From the NCBI GenBank assembly GCA_903864265.1, contig CAIPFN010000211.1, positions 6,837 to 70,836 on the forward strand: a DNA stretch of 64,000 nt. The letters run 5' to 3'. Below, piece after piece: positions 19,142 through 27,490 of this stretch. Under the pieces are notes generated by a model, which saw nothing but the letters and a program-made list of their open reading frames with translations, did no database searches and had not been told where the DNA came from. This DNA is from an uncultured Bacteroidales bacterium (GTDB lineage Bacteria > Bacteroidota > Bacteroidia > Bacteroidales > UBA4417). The position numbers were made by a program, and so were the translations under genes. Every line of letters starts with the position of its first letter. Position 1 is the first letter of the stretch.

Positions 19142-20149
19142 CTACTCATTTTCTTCAAGCAACGCCTGTTTCAGCACCTGCAAAGCGGCAAGCTGTTCTT
19201 CGCTTACGACCGGATAAGCCAGCTTCATGGTATCCATGGCCTGTATGATAGCCGATGCAATAACCAAACGGGCATAAGGCTTGTTATCGGCGGGCACCAC
19301 GTACCAGGGAGATTTTTCAGTTGCGGTATTTTTAATCATTTCCTCGTAGGCACCCATATACTGTTTCCAGTATTTTCGCTCCTGCACATCGGCGGTACTG
19401 AATTTCCAGTTTTTTTCGGGATTATCGATACGCTCTATAAAACGCTTCTTTTGTTCTTTTTTCGAAATATTCAGGAAAAACTTCACCACCAGTATGCCAT
19501 TATGGTTCAGGTAGGATTCAAAATTCCGGATATCATTCAAGCGATCCTCCCATATGGAAGCGGTGATCAGCTTCTCAGGAATCTTCTGTGATTTCAGGAT
19601 GCTTTCGTGAACCCGAACCACCAGCACTTCTTCGTAGTAGGAACGGTTAAAAATGCCGATCCGGCCGCGTTCAGGCAGGTGTTTCATACAGCGCCACAGG
19701 TAGTCGTGGTCCAGTTCTTCGGAAGTGGGTGCTTTGAAAGCGGTTACCTCGCAACCCTGCGGGTTGATGCCCGACATCACATGCTTTATGGCACCGTCCT
19801 TCCCGGCCGCATCCATAGCCTGAAAAATCAGGAGTAGCGACCATTTATCCTGTGCATAAAGCGTATCCTGCATGCGGGCGAGCAATTGTATTCCTTGTTG
19901 CAGGGCATCTTCGGCTGCTTGCTTGTCCGTTTTGCCTGAATCGGCATTCACCGTGGTTGAGAAATCCCTGAGTCTGAATTTCTTTTCACCAGTAACGCGA
20001 TATGGCTTTGCTATACGTTTAGCTCCGGCAACAATGGTCTTCCTGCCCGGAACAGTTTTGGAATCAGCACCGGAATCAGCAGGAGAACCATTTGATTTTA
20101 GCTTATCGGCACTTTCCCCGGGAATTGTATTTTTCTTATTGGTTGCCAT
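19142..20149 (-). CDS. Polyphosphate kinase 2 (PPK2) family protein
   Basis: 335 aa with Walker A context AMDAAGKDG and the FNRSYYEEV lid motif typical of PPK2. A ~50-aa low-complexity N-terminal extension is present. Confidence 0.88.
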   Translation of the reverse strand: MATNKKNTIPGESADKLKSNGSPADSGADSKTVPGRKTIVAGAKRIAKPYRVTGEKKFRLRDFSTTVNADSGKTDKQAAEDALQQGIQLLARMQDTLYAQDKWSLLLIFQAMDAAGKDGAIKHVMSGINPQGCEVTAFKAPTSEELDHDYLWRCMKHLPERGRIGIFNRSYYEEVLVVRVHESILKSQKIPEKLITASIWEDRLNDIRNFESYLNHNGILVVKFFLNISKKEQKKRFIERIDNPEKNWKFSTADVQERKYWKQYMGAYEEMIKNTATEKSPWYVVPADNKPYARLVIASAIIQAMDTMKLAYPVVSEEQLAALQVLKQALLEENE

Positions 20150-20180
20150 GATAAATAATTTGATAAAAAGAGTGATCTAA

Positions 20181-20215
20181 CAAAGATAAGGTTGTTTTTG
20201 TCAGGTCGGACCAAA
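20181..20215 (-). promoter_or_regulatory. Promoter candidate for PPK2 (-33 TTTG, -7 TATCTTTG)
   Basis: The minus strand reads TTTG (20215-20212), a 23-nt spacer (slightly long), TATCTTTG (20188-20181), then 31 nt to ATG 20149. Confidence 0.35.
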
Positions 20216-20568
20216 TGGCATCATTTAGAAAGCTACAGCCGGGGATTTGAAAACGCTATTCCGGCCAGGAAAAACGGCCAGCATCATTAAATCCATCTCC
20301 AGCATGTAAAATTCAACTTCTGCCTTCAGGCGCTGCCAGGGAGTTCTCTGCCTGAAGTCAAACTTATTTGACAAATCTGAATACACAAACATGATTATTT
20401 GAGCCATTGCCTGTTATAATTGCTATTTTTACTTTTTTAAAAAAACTCACCTTAATCGCCTTAGCAGGATTTGGTATTTCCCAGAGGATTTCGGCCCAGG
20501 CATGAAAAGCATGCCGGTTGAAAGCCCTGCTAAATTAATCTCAAACCAGAGCACAGGAATTTTTTACT

Positions 20569-22308
20569 ATGGGATACAGGGCAATACTATTCGTCTGTTT
20601 AACCTTAATTTCTTTGGCTGCATCGGCCAGAGAAGGGTATACGGATAAAATTGACAGTTTAAAAAGTCGTATGGCGGTTGGCCGATCAGATACATCGCAG
20701 GTTCAATTTAATCTTCTTCTTTCGAAAGCCTATAAATCGGCGGGAATAAAAAAATATGATACGGCCCTGCTCTACCTCAACAAAGCATTACAATTATCGA
20801 ATGAACTGAAATACGACAGGTGGCTTTACGATATCTACAGCGAAAACAGTTCTTTACTAATTGCGAGCGGCAACTTCTCCATTTCGCTTGAATACTATTT
20901 CAAAATGCTGAAATTGCTGGATGAAACACAGGGCAAGTACGGATCGAAAACCAGCCTGCAGGAAAAATATGCCATCCTCTATGGAGATATGGGAACCTGT
21001 TATTTTAAAATGGAAGACAAAGAGAAAGCCCTGTCGTATTACACCAAGAGCCTTGAATTATGCCGTACTATCTCTGTAAAAGACAAGAGTTTCCCCTGCA
21101 ATCAATACCAGCTTAAGTTATACAACAATATAGGTTCCGTTTACCTGACCCGGAATGAGCTTCAACAGGCAAAAGCCAATTATGAAAAGGCACTCGAGAT
21201 CAATAAAGTGAATAACAACCAGATATATTCGGCCTCTATCTATAATAACCTGGGCATTATATACAAATCCCTGAAAGATTACCCCAGGGCTTTTGAATAC
21301 TACAATAAATCCTTCCTGATCCGACAGGAGCTGCACGATACCGCCGGCATGGCACAGGTTTACAATAACCTGGGCGATTGTTATTACACCACCGGTGATT
21401 ATTCCAAATCAATAGAAATATTAAATAAGGCTCTACTGTTTAGCAAACAGGTCTCCACTCTACCTTCGCAGATGAAGGCGGCCAGTTTCCTGTCGGAGTC
21501 GTATGCAAAGGTGGGAAATTTTAAGCAGGCGCTCAGCATGCATAAGTTTTACAGCCAATTGCACGACAGCATTAATAATACTGGGCAGATACAGTTGGTT
21601 GCCAAGCTGGAGATGCAATACCTGTTTGAAAAAGAGCAAAAAGAAAACGAACTGCTGCAGCAGGTACAGCTGGCCCAGAAGCAACGCAAAATACTGATAT
21701 TCATGATTATATCCGGCGTATTGCTTTCTTCCTTTATCGTATTGATCCTGTTAAACCGCAATCAGAAAATCAGGTTACGGCGCAACGAACTGCTGCAGGA
21801 AAGCATGGTACTCGAAAGCCGGAACCTGCTGCTCGAAAAACAGAACCTCGAACTCGAAAAGATCCGGCTGAAACAGGAACTCGATTTCAGGAATAAGGAA
21901 CTCACCACACATGTGATGTACCTGCTGAAGAAAAATGAATTTATCACCTCCATTTCAGGTAAATTACTCAATATTAAAACCCTGTTAAATAACGAGGACA
22001 AAAAATGGGTGCAGGATATTGTGCGCGAATTGCAATCGAACGTGGATAATACCGTTTGGGGGGAATTTGAGATGCGTTTTCAGCAGGTTCATGATGATTT
22101 TTACGACCGCCTGAAAGAACATTTTCCCGATCTCACTCCAAATGAGAAAAAAATATGTGCCTTCCTGCGTTTGAATATGACCACCAAGGATATCTCGTCC
22201 ATTACCTTTCAAACGGTTAAGAGCATACAGGTGGCCCGTACCCGGCTTCGGAAGAAAATGGATATGAGCCGCGATGAAAACCTGATTTCCTTTCTGCAGC
22301 AATTATAA
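20569..22308 (+). CDS. Membrane-anchored TPR-repeat one-component regulator with C-terminal LuxR-type HTH
   Basis: 579 aa. It has an N-terminal signal/anchor and about 8 TPR-like repeats (YNNLG... motifs). One TM (ILIFMIISGVLLSSFIVLILL) and a coiled coil follow, then a LuxR HTH (LTPNEKKICAFLRLNMTTKDISSITFQTVKSIQVARTRLRKKM). Confidence 0.85.
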   Translation: MGYRAILFVCLTLISLAASAREGYTDKIDSLKSRMAVGRSDTSQVQFNLLLSKAYKSAGIKKYDTALLYLNKALQLSNELKYDRWLYDIYSENSSLLIASGNFSISLEYYFKMLKLLDETQGKYGSKTSLQEKYAILYGDMGTCYFKMEDKEKALSYYTKSLELCRTISVKDKSFPCNQYQLKLYNNIGSVYLTRNELQQAKANYEKALEINKVNNNQIYSASIYNNLGIIYKSLKDYPRAFEYYNKSFLIRQELHDTAGMAQVYNNLGDCYYTTGDYSKSIEILNKALLFSKQVSTLPSQMKAASFLSESYAKVGNFKQALSMHKFYSQLHDSINNTGQIQLVAKLEMQYLFEKEQKENELLQQVQLAQKQRKILIFMIISGVLLSSFIVLILLNRNQKIRLRRNELLQESMVLESRNLLLEKQNLELEKIRLKQELDFRNKELTTHVMYLLKKNEFITSISGKLLNIKTLLNNEDKKWVQDIVRELQSNVDNTVWGEFEMRFQQVHDDFYDRLKEHFPDLTPNEKKICAFLRLNMTTKDISSITFQTVKSIQVARTRLRKKMDMSRDENLISFLQQL

Positions 22309-22590
22309 TTCACCCTGACATTCGGGGCATCAGCTGAGCCCGGTGGTTTACCAGGGATGCTTTCTCTCAAAAAAACGCTTTCATCTCCGGGAGAATAAGC
22401 CCGGTAAGCTGTTTTCACTTCCTATTTATCAGAAAATAATTCATCCTACTGTATTGTTTATAAGCAATATACAAATTTTGTAGTATTTTTATTCTCCCTT
22501 TTGATCAGCCTGTAGTCATTTTGTGTTGCTCATTTCCTTGGAAAAAGGATCTTGCATGCCGAATTTTGGTGATTCTTAAAGCCCGTTTGT

Positions 22591-22761
22591 ATGGAGACTA
22601 AACTAATCAACAAGGAAGAAAAGCATGAGAAAGAACTCAGGGCTCTTGTGTCGCGCATAAAAAATGAGACCACGGCCCTGAACAAAATTCTCGCCGTGTT
22701 AAAAAACAAAGAAGAAGGAACCGAAGCAGAGCAAAAATCCGCTGATTCAGTCAGCAAGTGA
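22591..22761 (+). CDS. Possible 56-aa K/E-rich helical small protein or leader peptide
   Basis: Below the ORF-track cutoff. ATG 22591 gives METKLINKEEKHEKELRALVSRIKNETTALNKILAVLKNKEEGTEAEQKSADSVSK. Its TGA (22759-22761) overlaps the GTG at 22758 that opens the giant ORF frame (GTGA). There is no homology evidence. Confidence 0.3.
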   Translation: METKLINKEEKHEKELRALVSRIKNETTALNKILAVLKNKEEGTEAEQKSADSVSK

Positions 22762-22778
22762 ATATACCTAAATCCGAA

Positions 22779-25700
22779 ATGAATATGAATAATCCCGTTA
22801 CTATGGCTTACCGAACGTTTCTGTTGTTCACCGCTTTGTTATGGATAATGGCTTTCGGGGCCTCTGCCCAGGTAAGCTACTATTATAATTCAAATGCGAA
22901 AATCCAGGTCACTCCTACCCGCTCGGGTCAGGTAATCTATAACCAGCTTAACCAGGTGAGTGGAGGGGGAATCACCAGCGAGGAATTTACCGATATGCCC
23001 GCCTACACCAGCATAGCTGCGGATGATTTTGAGGTGCCGGCTGGAATGGTATGGAATATCCATTATATTGATGTGGCAGGCGCTTTTGACGTTACCGGAA
23101 TCCCGGTGAATGCGGTAAATGTGTTCTTTTACAGCAATAACAACGGGATACCCGGGGAAGCCATTCATACTTTCACAAATATTACCAATGTGAACCAGGT
23201 GCCTGTGAATGCTACAACGGATAAGCTGGGAATATCCCTGCCATCGGCAGTGATACTTCCAGAAGGACATTACTGGCTTGGCGTTCAGCTTATTGGCGAA
23301 TTTGGAACGCTGGGTCCCTGGCGCTGGAGCGAACATGTAGGGCTAACCATTGGAAACGAATACCAGTGGAAAAATCCCCAGGATGGATTCGGCACCGGCA
23401 TGGTCGACTGGACAGCATCTTCTTTGTTTTCGTGGGGATATTTTGACCTGGCATTTGCCTTTTACGGACAGGCCCCGGCCAACGACCTATCCATGCTTTC
23501 GATTGAATCGCCTGTGAATGCGGCAGGTCTGGGCACGGCCGAAGCCATCACGGTCCGGCTGACGAACGAAGGCACCGACACCCAATCAGGGTTTAACGTA
23601 AGTTTTACCATCGACGGGGGTGCCCCTGTTTCGGAAAGTGTAGGAGCGTTTTCCCTTTCACCTAACCAGGCTTCGCTGTATACCTTTAATGCCACCGCCA
23701 ACCTATCGACTCCCGGGCCTCATGAAATCAGGGCTTCGGTAAACCTGGCAACGGATACGCGGCACGATAATGACTCTGCATATAAACTGATTTACAACCT
23801 GGGCACTATCATACCTATGCCTTCAACAGGCACCTCGGCCATCACCTCCTGCGGGGCAACTTTTACGGATTCAGGTGGAACAGGCGGTGATTTCGGGATG
23901 GACGACAATGCTACAACCACCATTTACCCGGCCAATGCAGGCGACAGGATCAAGCTTAACTTCCTGTCCTTCGATGCCAGCTGGGGTGGCTTCAGCATTT
24001 ACGACGGTATTGATCTAAATGCGCCGCTGATAGGAACCTGGAACGGGACGAACAGTCCGGGACAGGTGTTGGCGTTGAATGCAGCCGGCGCACTAACAGT
24101 ACATTTCGAAGGACCAGGCTGGGAAACCAGGCCGGGCTGGGAAGCCTATATATCGTGCTATGCGCCGGTAACCGACGATTTTGTTGCCCTGGCGCTGAAC
24201 TGTAATGTGCCAACCATGTTTGCCGGCGACAATTCCATCTTATCCGCTAAGGTGCAGAATTACGGGACACTTTCCCAAGCCAAAACCATAACGTTCAAAG
24301 CGAACAATATCGTTATCGGCACTCAAACCACCCCCGTTCTGAATCCCGGTGATACAGCATGGGTTTCGGTGCCTTTCAGCCCTGCCGGTTCCGGTAACTA
24401 TCACATTGTGGCCAGTCTGCCGTCCGACCTGGGTGCGGTTCCCAACGATACCGTTTCCATTGAAAAATACGTGTACCCTTTCGGCACCTTTTATGAAGAT
24501 TTCGAAGGCAGCGTTTTCCCTCCTGAAAACTGGAGGCACGGAGGCGCCTGGTCGCAGGGTAATTCGCCTGCTGTCGGAGCCCATAATGCGCAATGTTATG
24601 TTGATTATACTTCGTCCGACACCCTGGTAAGCCCGCGTCTCGATATTCATGCAGGCGATATGCTCACTTTTGCAGCTAAAACCACCCCCTGGTGGGTTGG
24701 GAACCTGGATGTGTACTGGTTGAACGAACTGAACGGGCAATGGAATTACATGCAAACCATACCCTTAAGCAATTTCAGCTATACCCAGCATACCATCGAT
24801 ATGACACAGGCTGCAGGAACCAACCGTATAGGTTTCTTTGTAAATGTTACCGATCCTTTTTCGTGGACTGGCAGCGTTCAGCTTGATAATGTGCTCGGAC
24901 AGGGAATAACCGTGCATCACGACAATCATGACCTGAAAGCCAAGGCTCTTACAGGTAACAGCTTTTACAATATAAACGAACCTGCCCATTTCCAGTTTGT
25001 AGTCAGGAACGATGGACTGCTTGCGGCAACTGCGGGAACTTATACCGTGAAACTTATGAAAGATGGTGCCGTTCCGGTTGAACTTGCATCGGTAGCGGGA
25101 CAGGCCCTGGCCATGCAGCAGGAAACCACCTACGATCTGAGCTGTACCTTCACCCAGGTTGAAAACATTTCGGTGTATGCCATAGTGGAATATGCCGAAG
25201 ACCAGTTTCCTGTAAACAACAAGAGTGCAGTTAAGGAATTGACAGGTCTGGCGGGTGGTTCCACCGTAGCCACGGTTGGGAATGACCTGTACCAGGTTTC
25301 GTGGCCTATAGATTTTTCGTATAAAAAAAGTCTTTCCGAAACCATTTATCTCAATTCCGAAATCATGCAGTCAGGTGTGCTATTCGGCATAGATTACAGC
25401 TATAATTTTTCACTTCCCGAAACCAATGTTCCGGTCAGGATTTGGGTAGGCGAAACCACTGTCAGTGAAATCACTGACTGGATTCCTGCAACGGCTATGA
25501 CACTGGTGTATGACGGGTTGTTGAATTACCCGGCAGGGAAACATGCCATCTACATTCCGTTCCAGCTGCCGTTCAATCATGCTGATGCTTCGAAAAACCT
25601 GGTAATCATGACCGAAAAAATCGATACCCATTTTGATGTAAATCAAAATTTCTATGCCTATCTCTCGGCAACGAATTCATCCATCGAAATGAGCGGCGAT

Positions 25701-27329
25701 GATATTATTCCCGATCCCTATGCCCCTACAGGCGGTTATGCAACTCCAACAAATCCAAATATACAGTTTGTTTTCAATACCGGGGTAGGTGCACTACAAG
25801 GAAACGTTACCAAAACCAGCGGAGCAGTATTTCCGGGTGTTCAGGTAAGCGTTGACGACCTGGGCATCACCGCAACAACCGATGCCACAGGGCACTACTT
25901 CATGCCCTATGTGCCTGCCGGAGCTTTCCAGGTTACGGCCGAAAAGTTTCAATATCTTCCGCTCACCAAAGCTGCAGCTATCGTTTCGAATAATACCACT
26001 ACCGTAGATTTTGTGCTTAGCCTTCTGGATTTGCTTTCCGTTTCGGGCCGTGTGGTAGGCAACGACAATACATCGGCTGGAATTGCCAATGCCGCGGTTT
26101 CACTCAGCGGGTACAGCAACTATAGTACTTCGACCGATGCACAGGGCTATTTTACCATTCCAAATGTTTACAGTAACAACACCTACTCGCTGCTCATCAA
26201 CAACGAACGCTATCAGATCTACACCGGTGAGGTTGTGATGCTCAACGCAAATGTCGACCTGGGGATTATTACACTTACCGAGAAACTGGTTATTCCTTAC
26301 GCCATAACAGCTGTCGACCAGATGAACAAAGCCCGTGTCACCTGGTATACACCTGATATTACTGCTGCGGGAGTATTATCGTTCGACGACGGTACAAACT
26401 CGAACGGGTATGCAGGCGAACCAAACGAAGAAGTATGGCTTGGGAATTATTTCCCTGTGACGGCAAAAGCCACTGTCAGCAGTTTCGATGTATATTGGGC
26501 CGGGTATGGAGTAAATTCGCCTCAGACCATGCGCCTCGATATATTCGACGAGCAGGCGAACCTGCTGGCCAGCAGTAACGAGTTCACCTCGGGTAAGGAT
26601 AAATGGGTGAATGTGGATGTTCCCAATCTAACCCTTAAAGGCAACTATTATGTGATGATTCACTGGAGCGGTACCTTTGCGCAATCCACCTTCCTGGGTT
26701 TTGATACGGTTTCAGCCACAACCCCGAATTATGCATATTTGCTGTACCCGGGCGGAACACCTCAGCACCTGTCGGACGTAACCGGTGAACACGGAACTTT
26801 TCTTATCCATGCCAATGCCATGATAGGAGGTAAAAAAACCATAATGGCTCCGGGTTCAGCCAACGATGTAAACGGGTTTGATGTTTTCAGGGGACTTCTT
26901 TCGGATATTGCCAATGCAGGCAGCTGGCCTAAACTGAATGCCAACAGCAGCATTTCGACCGTTTACGAAGATGTAACCTGGCCACCGGCTGAAAACGGAT
27001 ATTATATCTATGCAATAAAAGCCCTTTATAGCCATGGCGAATCGGAATTAGCCTTTTCGAATGTGCTCATGAATATTTATTCAGGAATGGAACAGTCGAC
27101 AAAACCTCAGTATTCCGTTTACCCGAATCCTGCCGCGGACTTTGTAAACCTTGAAAATTGCCAGGATACCAGGGCAACTTTGTTCGGTATGGATGGCAAA
27201 CTAATCCTGACCAACGAAATTCACGACCATCATTACCGTATGGATTTGCATGGCTTATCCAAAGGTATTTATTCACTCGTTATCCAGGCAAAATCTGACC
27301 TTTTCCAGATTAAAATTGTTATTAAATAA
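22779..27329 (+). CDS. Very large multidomain T9SS-secreted surface protein
   Basis: I start it at ATG 22779 (MNMNNPV...LWIMAFGASAQ signal). By eye it has three CARDB-like Ig modules, a CUB-like module (FTDSGGTGGDFGMDDNATTTIYP...) and a MAM/choice-of-anchor-like module (FYEDFEGSVFPPENW). Two carboxypeptidase-regulatory-like modules follow. The C-terminus is a T9SS type-A CTD (YSVYPNPAADFVNLEN...GIYSLVIQ). Confidence 0.85.
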   Translation: MNMNNPVTMAYRTFLLFTALLWIMAFGASAQVSYYYNSNAKIQVTPTRSGQVIYNQLNQVSGGGITSEEFTDMPAYTSIAADDFEVPAGMVWNIHYIDVAGAFDVTGIPVNAVNVFFYSNNNGIPGEAIHTFTNITNVNQVPVNATTDKLGISLPSAVILPEGHYWLGVQLIGEFGTLGPWRWSEHVGLTIGNEYQWKNPQDGFGTGMVDWTASSLFSWGYFDLAFAFYGQAPANDLSMLSIESPVNAAGLGTAEAITVRLTNEGTDTQSGFNVSFTIDGGAPVSESVGAFSLSPNQASLYTFNATANLSTPGPHEIRASVNLATDTRHDNDSAYKLIYNLGTIIPMPSTGTSAITSCGATFTDSGGTGGDFGMDDNATTTIYPANAGDRIKLNFLSFDASWGGFSIYDGIDLNAPLIGTWNGTNSPGQVLALNAAGALTVHFEGPGWETRPGWEAYISCYAPVTDDFVALALNCNVPTMFAGDNSILSAKVQNYGTLSQAKTITFKANNIVIGTQTTPVLNPGDTAWVSVPFSPAGSGNYHIVASLPSDLGAVPNDTVSIEKYVYPFGTFYEDFEGSVFPPENWRHGGAWSQGNSPAVGAHNAQCYVDYTSSDTLVSPRLDIHAGDMLTFAAKTTPWWVGNLDVYWLNELNGQWNYMQTIPLSNFSYTQHTIDMTQAAGTNRIGFFVNVTDPFSWTGSVQLDNVLGQGITVHHDNHDLKAKALTGNSFYNINEPAHFQFVVRNDGLLAATAGTYTVKLMKDGAVPVELASVAGQALAMQQETTYDLSCTFTQVENISVYAIVEYAEDQFPVNNKSAVKELTGLAGGSTVATVGNDLYQVSWPIDFSYKKSLSETIYLNSEIMQSGVLFGIDYSYNFSLPETNVPVRIWVGETTVSEITDWIPATAMTLVYDGLLNYPAGKHAIYIPFQLPFNHADASKNLVIMTEKIDTHFDVNQNFYAYLSATNSSIEMSGDDIIPDPYAPTGGYATPTNPNIQFVFNTGVGALQGNVTKTSGAVFPGVQVSVDDLGITATTDATGHYFMPYVPAGAFQVTAEKFQYLPLTKAAAIVSNNTTTVDFVLSLLDLLSVSGRVVGNDNTSAGIANAAVSLSGYSNYSTSTDAQGYFTIPNVYSNNTYSLLINNERYQIYTGEVVMLNANVDLGIITLTEKLVIPYAITAVDQMNKARVTWYTPDITAAGVLSFDDGTNSNGYAGEPNEEVWLGNYFPVTAKATVSSFDVYWAGYGVNSPQTMRLDIFDEQANLLASSNEFTSGKDKWVNVDVPNLTLKGNYYVMIHWSGTFAQSTFLGFDTVSATTPNYAYLLYPGGTPQHLSDVTGEHGTFLIHANAMIGGKKTIMAPGSANDVNGFDVFRGLLSDIANAGSWPKLNANSSISTVYEDVTWPPAENGYYIYAIKALYSHGESELAFSNVLMNIYSGMEQSTKPQYSVYPNPAADFVNLENCQDTRATLFGMDGKLILTNEIHDHHYRMDLHGLSKGIYSLVIQAKSDLFQIKIVIK

Positions 27330-27371
27330 ATACCCTCATGAACCCGGGCCAGTAGCCCTTGTTAATTCGTT

Positions 27372-27411
27372 ATCCCTGCATCCTTGCGGCCGCAAAAGGC
27401 ACCGCAGGGAT
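27372..27411 (+). other. Intergenic hairpin between the two T9SS cargo genes
   Basis: ATCCCTGC (27372-27379) pairs with GCAGGGAT (27404-27411), enclosing CCTT-GCGGCCGC-AAAAGG. An overlapping alternative pairing TGCATCC/GGATGCA exists. There is no U-tract. Confidence 0.3.
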
Positions 27412-27490
27412 GCACGGTTTACAGAACAGGAAGGAAGAGTGAGGAATCAGGATTCATCCAACACAAATCAGTACTCAAAATCAGAAAAAC

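Noticed and set aside
22758-22778. GTG 22758 as the true start of the giant T9SS cargo gene (as in the ORF track).
   Set aside because: The signal peptide begins after the ATGs at 22779/22785, and the extra MNIPKSE adds nothing. The GTG is noted only because the upstream sORF stop overlaps it.
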